DNA from: Leucoraja erinacea
Lineage: Eukaryota
Length of the DNA: 64,000 bases
Direction of reading: 5' to 3'
NCBI RefSeq assembly: GCF_028641065.1
Contig: NC_073400.1
Location: forward strand, 5,084,001-5,148,000
A program made the position numbers and the translations under genes. Positions 26,496 through 39,520 of the stretch are shown here, piece by piece. Within the stretch, counting starts at the first letter, position 1, and the number at the start of each line of letters is the position of its first letter. The notes under the pieces are model-generated. The model made no database searches. It saw only the letters and a program-made list of their open reading frames with translations, and was not told the origin of the DNA.

Positions 26496-27146
26496 ATTAC
26501 AAATACATTACAAAGAAGCTTAATGTGCTGTTAACTTAAGCCATTTGGATTCACCCTAACAAAGATATTCTTCAGACAGCATCTCAGGTGAAAAGGTGAT
26601 GTTTCGGGTCGAGAATCTTCTTCAGAAGGGTCTGAAAAGTGTCTCGACCCGGAACATCACCTATTCCTTTTCTCCAGAGATGCTGTCTGACCCGCTGAGT
26701 TACTCCAGCTTTTTATGTGTCTATCTTCCAATTACACCAGCATGTGCAGTCCCTTCCAACACAAATATATCCCCTTTATTCTACAACGCCCCATCTTCTC
26801 TCCTACTGAAACCTAACTTCATTTTTCCCTTTTCTTGTTCTGACAGGGCGTCTCACATCTGAAACATTAACGTTCTAACAAGGATGCCAAGACTTGCTGA
26901 ATGTTCCTAGTATTTATGTTTTTGACCATTCGCCTATTTACAGTTTGGACATGCACAATACTTCATTGAAAGTGATATGCTGCCTAATTATTTTGGTATC
27001 ATTATCCTGATGCACGACCTAGCCTGGGGTACAATTCACCAGCACCAAATGTCTTTTGCTACCTTCACTACTACGCCTAAACAGATTGTCTATAAATCAT
27101 AATTACATTTACAAACCTTTCCACATTTAGCAAGTTATATCTTTAC

Positions 27147-27210
27147 CTGGTCCTCGTAGCCTTCTAACTTCACAGGAGTGAGCTGCTCCAAATTATACTG
27201 GGCAAAGGCT
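27147..27210 (-). CDS. CAPZA1: CAPZA exon 4 ([21 protein letters not shown])
   Basis: 64 nt, AG/GT flanks. Confidence 0.95.
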
Positions 27211-27574
27211 CTGTGAGAGAAAAAAAATCAATTTAATGTATTCATTACATTGACTAGTGACTTTTCACCACTTGCATTTTACATTGACTATGCGATCACC
27301 CTTGATACCCTATATATATCAAGCAGAACCCCAAACAAAATTTTCCAAGGAAGATCAACCAGGCTCCTGAATGACAATGCAGAATATTCACAGTGACTAA
27401 CTTTTAGAGTTATAAAAAGGCACAACATAAAATAGGTTCATCGGCTCAATGAGACTGGTCTAACCATTAACTGCCCATTATCACTAAAACCTACATTAAT
27501 TCTGTTCTCCCTATGTTCCATCAGCTCTCCCCAGATTCTGCTACTCATCTTTACGAGGTCACCTTTACTGTCAT

Positions 27575-28035
27575 TTATGAGAATGATGCCGGGACTAGAG
27601 GTTCTGAGCTACAGGGATAGGTTGAGTAGGCTGGGACTATTGCTTGGAACGCAGGAGTATGAGGGGGTGATTTTATAGAGATGTATAAAATCACGACAGG
27701 AATAGATCGGGTAGATGCACGGACTCTCTTGCTCAGAGTTTGCGAATCGAGGACAAGGGGACATAGGTTTAAAGTGAAGGGGAAAAGATGTAATGGAAAT
27801 CTGAAGGGTACCATTTTCACACAAAGGTTGTTGGGGGTATGGAACATGTTGCCAGAAGAGGTAGTTGAGGCAAGGACAATCCTAACATTTAAGAAACAGA
27901 TCGACAGGTACATGGAGGGGACAGATTTATAGGGATACGGGCTAAAAACAGGCAGGTGGGACTAGTGTAGCTGGGACATGTTAGCCGGTGTGGGGAAGAT
28001 GGGCCAAAGGGCCTGTTTCTATGCTGTATCTATGA
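27575..28035 (+). mobile_element. CR1 LINE 3' fragment
   Basis: GIDRVDA...TRGHRFKVKG. Confidence 0.85.
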
Positions 28036-28228
28036 CCTGCATGCCAGGACAATATACTGCGGTAAATTAACCAGTATATCTTTTGTATGTGGGAGGAAAC
28101 CAGAGCATCCAGGAGAAAACCATGCAGTCGCAGGGAGAATGTACAAACTGCCCAGAGACAGCAGCCAAGGTCAGGATTGCACACAGGTCTCTGGCAGCAT
28201 CTCTGTTGGATGCATAACTGTGGTTAAG

Positions 28229-28554
28229 NNNNNNNNNNNNNNNNNNNNNNNNNNNNNNNNNNNNNNNNNNNNNNNNNNNNNNNNNNNNNNNNNNNNNNNN
28301 NNNNNNNNNNNNNNNNNNNNNNNNNNNNNNNNNNNNNNNNNNNNNNNNNNNNNNNNNNNNNNNNNNNNNNNNNNNNNNNNNNNNNNNNNNNNNNNNNNNN
28401 NNNNNNNNNNNNNNNNNNNNNNNNNNNNNNNNNNNNNNNNNNNNNNNNNNNNNNNNNNNNNNNNNNNNNNNNNNNNNNNNNNNNNNNNNNNNNNNNNNNN
28501 NNNNNNNNNNNNNNNNNNNNNNNNNNNNNNNNNNNNNNNNNNNNNNNNNNNNNN
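28229..28554. other. Assembly gap (N run)
   Basis: Run of N. Confidence 0.99.
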
Positions 28555-29155
28555 TAACGGTAACATTTTTACATATTCCGGTAGAGTTATTTTCCCCTCG
28601 AGTCTAAAGTCTTCTTATCTGAAAAATTCTAGCTTTATTTCTCGAGTTATTCATGAAAATGTTAAAAATTCAGGTAAAGCTTTGAAAAAATACCGACTGC
28701 CTTTCGCTGATGACGTGACAATGGGAGTGCGCCATCTTGCTTGCGCTGCGTGATGTCACCCCCCTACCCCTCCCTCCTCCTTTGGTTGACGCTCCCGCTC
28801 CTCGGCTGCCCGCCCCGCTCCCCTCCTCCTCTCCCCCCCCCCCCCCCCCCCCCCAAGTCCCCCCTCTCCACCCCTCCTCTCCCCGCCTCCCTCTCTCTCT
28901 CTCTTCTCTCCTCCCTCTCTCTGCCCCCCCTCTCTCTCTCTATCCCCCCTCCCTCTCTAGACGCGCCTGCGGGTTGGGGGCTATGCGAGAGTGGATAGGG
29001 CGGGGATGGGGTAAAAGAAGCAAATGAATAATATTAATATAATATCAAGGTTAGTCCATGTGTTGGGGGGTGGTTAGTGTGTGTATATGACCCCGCAGAC
29101 CCCCCCCCCAACCGTGTTTTGTGGGGACGGGGCCCAAGTGGTCCCACTTGGTGTA
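28555..29155 (+). mobile_element. Non-autonomous Helitron-like element, copy A (5' part lost in gap)
   Basis: Homologous to 30180-30560; degenerate 3' hairpin followed by acttggtgta. Confidence 0.6.
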
Positions 29156-30560
29156 CACCTATTAAAAGCCTGATCTTGGATGTGTGTGTGTTTATTTGTT
29201 TGTGTATAATCACATCTTATACATCAATGATTTGGATGAAGGAATTCAAAATAACATTAGAAAATTTGCAGATGACACAAAGCTGGGTGGCAGTGTAATC
29301 CGTGAGAAGGGTGCTATGAGAATGCAGGGTGACTTGGACAGGTTGGGGGAGTGGGCAGATGCATGGCAGATGAAGTTTAATGCGGATAAATGTGAGGTTA
29401 TCCACTTTGGTATCAAAAACAGGAAGGCAGGTTACTATCTAAATGATGTCAAATTGGGAAAAGGGGAAGTACAACGGGATCTGGGGGTCCTTGTACATCA
29501 GTCTATGATAGTAAGCATGCAGGTACAGCAGGCAGTGAAGAAAGCGAATGGCATGTTGGCCTTTATAACAAGAGGAATAGGAGCAAAGAGGTCCTTCTGC
29601 AGTTGTACAGAGCCCTAGTGAGACCACACCTGGAGTATTGTGTGCAGTTTTGGTCCCCTAATTTGATGAAGGACATTCTTGCTATTGAGGGAGTACAGCG
29701 TAGGTTTACAAGGTTAATTCCCGGGATGGCGGAACTATCATATGATGAGAGAATGGAGTAGCTGGGCTTATACACTCTGGAGTTTAGAAGGATGAGAGAG
29801 GATCTCATTGAAACATATAAGATTGTTAAGGGCTTGGACACGCTAGAGGCAGGAAACATGTTCCCGATGTTAGGGAGTCCAGAACCAGGGGCCACAGTTT
29901 AAGAATAAGGAGTAAGCCATTTAGAACGGAGATGAGGAAACACTTTTTCTCACAGAGAGTGGTGAGTCTGTGGAATTCTCTGCCTCAGAGGGAGGTGGAG
30001 GCAGGTTCTCTGGATGCTTTCAAGAGAGAGCTAGATAGTGCTCTTAAAAATAGCAGAGTCAGGGGATATGGGGAGAAGGTAGGAACGGGGTACTGATTGG
30101 GGATGATCAGCCATGATCACATTGAATGGCGATGCTGGCATGAAGGGCCAAATGACCTACTCCTGCACCTATTGTCTATCTTCTCGAAAAAACGACGCGC
30201 CAACGGTAAAATTTTACATATTCCAGTAGAGATTCTTTCCGTGGAGTCCAAAGTCGCCTTATCTGAAATATTCATGCATTATTTCTCGTTATTAATGAAA
30301 ATGTTCAAAAATCTGAAAAAACTTTGGGGGGGTAAATAAGGCTGCCTTCTTGATCGCGCTGCGAGTGACGTCGCCCCCCCCCCCCCCCCCCCCCCCCCCA
30401 CCACTCCCCCCCCCCGTACTCGAGCCCTGCCTGGAGCATTGCATCTGGAAACCAGCCCTCCCCTGCCCTCCCTCTCTGCCCCCCATGCCTCCCATGGGGG
30501 CTACGTATAGGGGACGGGTGCTTTGGGGGAGCAGATCCAACGGGTCTGCACTTGGTCTAA
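29156..30560 (+). mobile_element. Non-autonomous Helitron-like element, copy B, split by a CR1 insertion
   Basis: 3' hairpin GCAGATCC-AAC-GGGTCTGC (30531-30549), then acttggtCTAA|T. Confidence 0.65.
29215..30180 (+). mobile_element. CR1 LINE 3' portion inserted into a Helitron-like element
   Basis: YINDLDEGI...KFADDTKLGG; flanked by atctt repeats. Confidence 0.92.
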
Positions 30561-33328
30561 TCAACTTTAATATTCCTCTGATCCTACAAAGTCTGAGGCA
30601 AATAGTTGGTGCATAGGGTTAGATAGTGACAATATCATGCTGTATATTCAAAAGCAATACGTAATTTGTTAGAATAAATGGGTAAATAAAGCAAATTTCT
30701 CATACAAAAGTTGATGCGATGAGGATGCTGACAGCAGCCAATTTCAATCCGCTGTCACACCCATAATTATTTCCTCAAACCTTGAAGCACAAATGGTGTG
30801 GGTTTTCAGAAAATAGCAATAATAGAATAATTGGAAAGTCAGCAAATCTAAAAAGAGTTTTGGTTACAACTGCTTGAGCACAAAGACATAAGCATGAAAG
30901 CATGGACAACATTTCGATGATAGTACACTTGCAACATTTCCAAATGTACTGTGACTGGGGTTGTCTGCTTTTTCTGAATGTGTACGGCTCTATATTTGAC
31001 TTTATATATACTTCACTATATATACTTTAGTTTAGTTTATTCTTCCTACTGAAGCCAGTGAAGAGAAATGTATTACTGCCATTCTCCACCTGCCCCCGAC
31101 TCCTGCACAAAGATGTACAGTATAGATGTACATCTATACAGTCCTCTGTCATTTTCACAACCTCCAACGTGACCCCACCACTCGCCACATCTTCCCATCT
31201 CCCCCCGTCTGCTTTCCGCAAAGTCCGCTCCTTCCGTAACTCCCTGGCCAATTCTTCCCTTCCCACCCGCACCACCACCTCCCCAGGCACTTTCCCTTGC
31301 AACCGCAAGAGATACAATACAATACAATACAATTTATTTGTGTCATTTGAACCTCATTGAGGTTCAAACGAAGTTTGGTTTCTGCAGTCATACACACAAG
31401 AAAAAGAACCAAGACACAGCACAATTTACACAAACATCCATCACAGTGAATCTCCTCCTCACTGTGATGGAAGGCAAAGTCTTATCTCTCTCCTGCACTC
31501 CTCATTCTCCTCCCGAGTCAAAGCCCCCGGCGGGCGATGGCAAGTGTCCAGCGGCCATTAAAGCCGCGCGGGGCGATGTAAGGCCCCGCTCCAGGTAATT
31601 TTCAACCCCACAACTCGGGCGGGAGAAGTCGCCGTTGCGGAAGCCCCGAAAAGCGGTCTCCCAGCAAGGACCCGCGGGCTCCCGGTGTCACCGTCCACCA
31701 GACCTGCGGTTGGAGCCTCCGAATCCCCGGGGAGAAGAAGGGTTTCGGCCCAAAACGTTGCCTATTTCCTTCGCTCCATAGATGCTGCTGCACCCGCTGA
31801 GTTTCTCCAGCTTTTTTGTGTACCTTTAATTGTACCTCTGTTTGATGCAATTTAATTAGATAACACACAAAAGTTTTTCGCTGGCCCTCGGTACATGTGA
31901 CAATAATCAACCAATACCAATCCTATCTACCACAACATGATAGAGGTTGCTAATCCATTTCAAAGGGAATTTAAGACCCTTAAATTAATTCAATCATTTG
32001 GAACATATCTGGAATCACATGTCGGCCAGATCAGGTGGGGATGCTAATTTCCTTCCCTGATGAACCAGATGGCCAATATTACCAAACATTCTGTTCCTCT
32101 ACTGCAACTTTTCTAATCTGCCATGTTATTCCTTCTACATTTTCATTAGAAACCAAAAGATCCAATATTAAAAAGAAATCCAAAATTACAATTTTCAATG
32201 TCTTGCAAACCTAACCTATCTGCTACACTTCAAACTATGGAATATGCACTATCCGAGTCTTGACACAAAGACATTAAGTCTTGACCTGTACTGTATTTGT
32301 AGTTAAAATGTTATACCTCAATGCCAACTTTTCTCACTTGAATATCTTACTCCATATTTATTATGAAACCTGCCTGATTACACATCACACTAATTACATC
32401 CTTTGACTTGTGATGGTCTTGCGATGCTCAATTTTGCATCTCCCATCTCCTATAAAATACGCATGAGAAACATTTGCACTGGGACCAACTCAACTCTTCT
32501 ACTTAATCAGGCATCAAGCCAAGTTTATTATCATATGCACAAGTACGGTTACATTGAAAATCAAATAAGGAGACCGAGAAAATAAAATGGAGACCAATTT
32601 AAATCTATACACCCCGAATTAACTGATTTCTGACCTCAGCAAAAAGAGACATGAATTGAAAACCATGAAAAATAAATGGTTCTAATTTGCAGACACAAAC
32701 GACATGTCAACCCAGAATGTTAACTATCTAATGTCCCCCCACAAATGGTACTTGACCTGCTGAGTTATCCCAGCAGATTGTTTGTTGCTCCAGTTCATAA
32801 TTGATGCATTAGTCATACCTTATGGAAATAGGCCCTTTGGCACAACTTGCCCATACTGACCAACATGCACTAGTCTCACCTGCCTGCATTTGGCCCATAT
32901 GCTTCGAAACCTATCCTATCCATGTAGCATCCAATGTTTTTTAATCATTGTGGTAATACCTGCCTGAACTACCTCCTTTGGCAGCTTCCATGTACCCTCC
33001 ACCCTTTGTGTAAAGTTCTTGATTCCCCTACTCTTGGTAAAAGACTGTGCATTTACCCTATCTATTCCTCTCATGATCTTAAACACCTCTAGAAGATCAC
33101 CTCTCATCCTCCTGCATTCCAGGGAATAAAGTCCTGGCCAGATCAACCTCTCCCTATAGCTCAGTCCCTCGAGCCCTGGCAACATCCTCGTAAATCTTCT
33201 CTGCACCCTTTCCAACTTAACAATAACCTTCATATAACAGAGTGAACACAATACTCTAAATGAGGCCTCACCAACGTCTTATACTTATGTACCATGACGT
33301 TCCAACTGTTATACTCAATACTTTGACT

Positions 33329-33467
33329 TCTTCTTCTTGCGTACGGCATGCACAGCCTAAAGTTGTCGGACAACTTGTTCTATTTGATCTTATTTGATTG
33401 TGCACACCAGATGGATTGCATTCGTCGAAACAGGGCGGACCAGGTGAAGGTTGCAATCTCCCACCCC
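33329..33467 (-). mobile_element. Ribozyme-headed short retroposon, copy 2, inserted in a CR1 remnant
   Basis: (GAA)n tail; TSD aatactttgact (33317-33328) / aataccttgact (33468-33479). Confidence 0.9.
33414..33467 (-). ncRNA. HDV/CPEB3-like ribozyme fold, copy 2 (L3 G->C variant)
   Basis: GGGGUGG GA GAUUGCA ACC UUCACCU GGU CCGCCCU GU UUCG A CGAA UGCAAUC. Confidence 0.8.
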
Positions 33468-33921
33468 AATACCTTGACTGAAGGTCTATGTGCCGAAAGC
33501 CTTCTTGTGATATCACTTTCAAGGATCCCACTGCTCTTCAACATTTCCTAGCCCTGCCATTCAGTATGTAGCTCCTGCCCAAGTCAGCCTTCCCAAAGTG
33601 CAACACACCAGATTTTTCTGCATCAAATTCCACCAACCATCCCTCAGCCCACCTGCCCAATCGATCAAGTAACTGCTGCAATTTTAAACGTCCATCTTTG
33701 CTATCAGCACCTCACCAGTCTTTAATGATAACTCATAAATCGCAGCCAGGACACCTGCAATTTCCCCTTCAGCTTCCCACAGTATCCTCGGATATATATG
33801 AACATGCCCGGGAGATTTGACTACCTTCATACATATTAGGACCTTCAGCACCACCTCGAGTTTTCCACTTTGACTCTTGAGGGTGCCCATTCTCTCTCTG
33901 CTTACCCTTTTTTTCCTTTAA

Positions 33922-34067
33922 TGTACGTAAAATCTCTTGGGATTATCCTTAATATTGTTTGCCAGACCTATCTCCGGTCCCCCTTTTACCCTCCTGACTT
34001 CCTTTTTTACACCGGAGATAGGTCTGGCAAATAATATTAAGGATAATCCCAAGAGATTTTACGTACA
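33922..34067. repeat. 57-bp inverted repeat, 1 mismatch, 32-nt spacer
   Basis: 33922-33978 is the reverse complement of 34011-34067. Confidence 0.95.
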
Positions 34068-34641
34068 CTTGATCCCAGCTGCCTATACCTGTCCATGCCT
34101 TCTCCCTATTCTTGACCAGAATCTCAAATTCTCTCGTCGTCCAAGCTTCCTTACGCCCATCTGCCTTGACCTGCACTCCAACTTTGCTGGGTCATCCATT
34201 GAGATACAAATCAAAGCAACACAAGATTCCTCCTGTCAAGATAAAAGCTGACTGTTGCACACAAAATTTAACCCAAAAGGGGTTTTTAGTCACAACTATC
34301 TATACCTCTACTACCGGAAAGATTTTTATATTGTGCACTAGAAATCAGAACATTGTTGATCTTGCATTGTAAGTGGTCCAAGTAGTGACCGCAAGTTTCT
34401 CCATTCACAGAATGACAGAGGCAGGTTAGATAAATGGAAAATCACCATAGGGCAGTGGAAATACTTCAGGTTGGGCAATGTATGTGCGCAATCTGTACTA
34501 TTTAAGCACCACAAAGAATACACTACGGATCACATAAACACAAGAAAATTGGAGCAGAGCAACAAAAATATTGGCATCATCTAGCACCTTGATGAGAACA
34601 CAATTTGAAAAACATTAAAAGGTATCTTATGACAGACTTAC

Positions 34642-34693
34642 TTTGCTGTTGCTTCCTTGAGAAGAGTGTCATTATTCATTAGAAGACGTACAT
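34642..34693 (-). CDS. CAPZA1: CAPZA exon 3 (DVRLLMNNDTLLKEATA)
   Basis: 52 nt, AG/GT flanks, phase-compatible with exons 2 and 4. Confidence 0.95.
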
Positions 34694-35539
34694 CTGGAAA
34701 ATGAAAACATGTTAATTTAAGTCAAATTAACTTTATTTCAAAAATATTTATTGGTATATCAATTAAGGATACAGTCAACACATGTCAATTCAAAATTGTC
34801 TTATTTAGAAGTACATTTAAATATCAAGGATTTAAGTTGCAATGATGCCTTGAAGTAACTGGTGACACCTTTGGCAATTAATATGCTGGAAAGCCACAAG
34901 AAAAATCTGAATATTTAAATTTAAAGAGGTTTGATTCTCTATCATTCTTAAACATTCGAATGAAACAATCCACAGTGGTAAAACTAAGAACCTGCCAATC
35001 AAGCACTATTCGAGTATTATTTCGATTATCGAGTACTGTGCACAAATACTGCAGATAACATTGCTATTTAATCATTTTAAAAAAATCAGTAAATCATGCA
35101 TCATGATAATTAGATTACAATTGCACAAAAAGGGAGAGTTAGATTTAGCTCTTAGGGCTAAAGGAATCAAGAGATATGGGGGAAAAAGCTGAAACGGGGT
35201 ATTGATTTTAGATGATCAGCATGATCATATTGAATGGAAGTGTTGGCTCTACTCCTGCATCTATTTTTCTATGTTTCTATGAAAGAGCTTGCACGCAACC
35301 TACAAAGAAATAAAATACACTTATGTTCAATTTATTCTTACGAGAAGTTGTTTCACCCCAAAATAATAACCAAATGCAATTTATGGGAATATATTTAAAT
35401 TACATGAAAATCATTTTTACATAATTAACAACAGGAATTCGTAAGGCACCGTAAATGTCCCAAGGAATTTCACAAGAGGGAAATCAAGCAAACATTTAAC
35501 ACTAAGCCACTTTATATTTCTGCGGAAGATGTGGGATAT

Positions 35540-35705
35540 TGATAATTTCTTAGTTTTTTTGCTATTCCAAATGAATCTAGAGATCATTTTATCCCAGACT
35601 ATGAATTTATCTCGGGGGACATTAATTGTGAGAGATTGGAATAAATATAGTAGTTTAGGTAGGATATTCATTTTTACCGTTTGTATTCTGGCACTGAAGT
35701 CTAGA
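35540..35705 (-). mobile_element. L1-clade LINE ORF2 fragment
   Basis: RIQTVKMNILPKLLYLFQSL...ISRFIWNSKK. Confidence 0.8.
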
Positions 35706-37178
35706 GGAACGGTAGAGCTCTTAGGGCTAGCGGAATCAAAGGATGTGGCGAGAAGGCAAGAACGGGGTACTGATTGTGGATGATCAGCCATGATCACATT
35801 GAATGGCTGTGCTGGCTCGAAGGGCATAATGGCCTACTCCTGCACCTATTTTCTATGTTTTCTATGTTTTAATGCAACAATAAAATCATATTTAGGATTT
35901 TGATCCCTAATTTAGGGAACAATATATCATCACTGATGGCAATTCAGAATGGATTCACCAAGATGGTCCCGGAAATGAAGGGATTATTTTTTGAAGAAAG
36001 GTTGAACAGGTTGGTTCTGCTCAGCTTGAAGTTTAGAATGAAAAGCAATGTTCTGAAACAGAAGAATTTTATAGGGTTTTCAGGGCAAATTATGGCAGGC
36101 TGTGCCCACTCACAGGAGGATCTAGGACCAGAGGGCACAGTCGCAGAATAGAGACCTTTAAAACGGTCAGGGGTTGCAGTGGGGGCAGATTAAATCATAG
36201 AATTCAGGAAACTGATAAGAATTTGCAGAGCTATTTGGAGAGCTGGACTGATATTACATGAATAGTACAGTGTAGAGATAATGGTCTAACCCTCGGCTGT
36301 GTCCTGTGACTCAATTGCTCATTTGGCCTCCTATGATAATAATTTCATGATTCCAATATTTCTTCATCAGCATTTAAGCAGATGGGAATGGAAAAGTGAT
36401 TTAACCAGTTCCTATCATCTACTTCAAAGACTTTAAACGCAGTTTCAATTGTACAATACATTGAACTATGGATTATATGTATTCTGCTTTAGCAGGGCAT
36501 TTTGTCAGTATCTGGGCCTAACCATTTGTCTGCTGAGTACAAGTTCAAGTGTTTGTGAAGAGCTGTGTAATGGTGCTGACCCATCTATAGAAGAGACTTG
36601 GCATGAAACATCACCTTTCCATGTTCTCCAGAGATGCTGCATGACCTGCTGAGTTACTCCGGCACTTTGTGCCTTTTTGTCTGCTGAGTAAGATCCATTA
36701 ATTCGATTGAAGCCACAGATTACCTGTAAATCATTGATTTACAGACAAGTGCGTTATAGTTATCGAACCATGAGTCATGGGCAACTGGCAGCCTCAATAA
36801 CCCAAGAAAGACAGGGCTATTTCTCTTTCACTGATTTGGCTGAACATATCCAGAATTGCCTCCTTAACAGACACATCCTACACATCCTGTATAATGAATA
36901 AAAACATTAATTCTAGATTCCATGATAAGCGATCCTTCAGCATTTGACTAATGAAGAGCAATTATTCACACTGCGTAGGAATGAACTGCAGATGCTGGTT
37001 TAAACCGAAGATAGACATAAAACGCTGGAGTAACTCAATGGAACAGGCAGCATCTCTGGAGAGAAGAAATGGGTGACGTTTCACATTGCCACTGGCATAC
37101 ATTTGAACATACCTTAAAATCAAATTCACAATTTAGAGATTCTAAAACATAAAAAAGACAATATTTCCAATCACTTAC

Positions 37179-37242
37179 CATTAAAAACTTCATTGAACTC
37201 TCCTGGTGGTGCATGCCTGATGAAATTGGTAACTACTTGCAC
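37179..37242 (-). CDS. CAPZA1: CAPZA exon 2 (VQVVTNFIRHAPPGEFNEVFN)
   Basis: 64 nt, AG/GT flanks, HAPPGEFNEVFND motif. Confidence 0.95.
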
Positions 37243-38684
37243 CTAAAATCAAACCAGAAATTCAGGTAGTTACAAATATGATTTTCACAATAAACAGGAT
37301 GAATGGATGTTTCAATAGCTTGTTTGTTCACATCCGAGCACATCAACCAAGTTACCAAGTTGGCAACAGAAAATGATGGAAACATTCAGCAGGATGAAGA
37401 TCTTTCATAAAGACTGGAAATGTTAACTCTTTCCACAAATGCTGCCTGACCTACTGAGTGCTTAGAATCTTTTTGTTTACTTTAAATCTCAGACTTTCAG
37501 CTCCTGCAGATTTCTAATTTTCATCAAGCAAACTACAGGAGAGATTCCTAGGATATGTTTGTCGACATTTATTATTGTCTCACAGATTTAGATTCTTCTT
37601 CCTGATTCGAGCTTGCCCTCTCACTCGGCAATCTCTGCACGGGCCTATCCAGTAAGTAGCATCATGGCAAAGTTGGGCAATCTGGGGTCACTTTTATTGA
37701 TCAGACATTTATACCTCACCTTCCCATTCCTTCAGAATAATCCAGAGATTCACAACTAATAAATGACTTAAGCAATGTACTCTATTGTAGAGTAAATGAT
37801 CAAGTATATATTTAGTTTCAACATCCAGTCAATAACCTGATGAGCTCACTGATCAAGCTAAAAACTGGCACAAGGACATTGACACTTTACTAGACAGAAT
37901 GTGATTGGAGAACAGTGTTCAAAATTGAATCAAGGGCAAAGTCTGTGACTAATTTCCTGTCGCAATCAGCTAGAAAATGTATTCACTGTGAAAAACGGGC
38001 GAGGTCGGAAAAGACAAAATCAGCTTGCAGCAATTTCTATCAAAGCAAAAAAAGGGGGCAAACGATGCTTAATGTCAAAGGATTTTAAATATTGTTGTAT
38101 ATCTTGTTAATGGAAGAGACCACCGGTACATCTGGAGAAGTGTGTATATACTGGCCTTCTCACCTGTAAAATGAAATACATGCAGATACAAGACACTGCA
38201 AATGGTAAAATTCTTAGCATGAAATTGCTGGATGAACTGAGTGGGTACAGCAACATTTATGGAGGGAAAAGATTGGTCTATATTTCAGGTGAAGACCCTG
38301 CTTTAAGACCGGGCGTGTATAGGGGAGATAGCTGGTATAAACAGGCAAGAAAGAGAGGCATGACAGCGATTGAAAATACTTCTTCAGAGAATGTGCAGTA
38401 AAGACAGGTCAGTCTAGTCCATAGAAAGGAACACCCTTCTTTTGAGGAACCTCTATTCTCTTGAGTTTCAAAAGTGAGATGTGAAACATTTAAGGGGCTT
38501 TTAAGGATGAGCAAGAAAGATGCTCATGGATGTTTGCCATGTTGATGCGAGTCTGGAATCAGGGGTTACGTCTCAAAATAAGGGGAAGTCAGTCAGGACT
38601 GAAACGCGGAGAAATCACTTCACTCAAGAATTGGAATCTCTGGAAATGTTTGCCTTGGAAAGCTGCGGTGATTCAATTTAAAAA

Positions 38685-39520
38685 CAAATAATTGCTGGAA
38701 GAATTCACCAGGTCAAGCAACCAGGGAGACAAAGAGATAGTCAAATTTCTGGATTGAAACTCTGCATCTGGGCTGAGAGTGTGGAGGATAGGTAGTCAGT
38801 ACATATAAGTGAGAGGATGGGAAGTGAGACAGAGGTTGGCAGGTAGAACCAGATTTTTTTGGGGGGTTGGGGGAGGAGAGATAATGAGCACATGGAGCCC
38901 CGTATTGGGGGGTGGGGTAAGAAAGAAACCCCAGTGGATGTAAATGTGGGTGATTGTCTGATGGAACCAGCTGGGGGAGGGATGGAAAAGGTAAACAAAG
39001 GCATAGAGAGACCCAGGATGAGCTAGTGGGAGAGGGAAAAGAATACAATGGGCGTGTTTTATCTGAAATTGAAAAATTCAATGTTCATACCATTCGGCTA
39101 TAGGTTACCCAAGCGGAACACGAGGTGCATCTCTTCAAATGTGTGTATGGGCCTCACATAGCAGTGGAGAAGGTTGGAGAAGGGGAGTAGAAATGCAGGC
39201 AATTTGATACTCTAGATGGCAGTTGTGGACAGAATGCAAGATGCGCAACGAAAAGATCACCTAGTCTTGCCGATCTATGAGAGGCCATGTTATGAGTACT
39301 GATTAAAGACCAGATTGGAGGAGGTGCGTGTGAATCTGTGCCTCGTCTGCATGGCCTGTTTAGCTCTCTGGATGATGGCGATTGAGGAAGTGAATGGCAA
39401 AATATTACATCTCCTACAGTTGTAGAGAAAAGTGCCAGGGAAGAGGGAGGGATGGGAGGCAAGGTATGAATGGATCACAGAGTCATGGAAGTAGCTCCTA
39501 CTCAGAGCAGAAAGGATGGG
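38685..39520 (-). mobile_element. Penelope-like element remnant
   Basis: CNILPFTSSIAIIQRAKQAMQTRHRFTRTSSNLVF and terminal repeat. Confidence 0.7.

Larger units (their letters stand above)
32810..34200 (-). mobile_element. Degraded CR1 LINE hosting retroposon copy 2 and a local inverted duplication
   Basis: ORFs 32916..33251 and 33684..33890 carry CR1 ORF2 motifs. Confidence 0.85.

Noticed and set aside
28139-28753. ORFs spanning N runs (also 48245-48769)
   Set aside because: Artefacts of assembly gaps.
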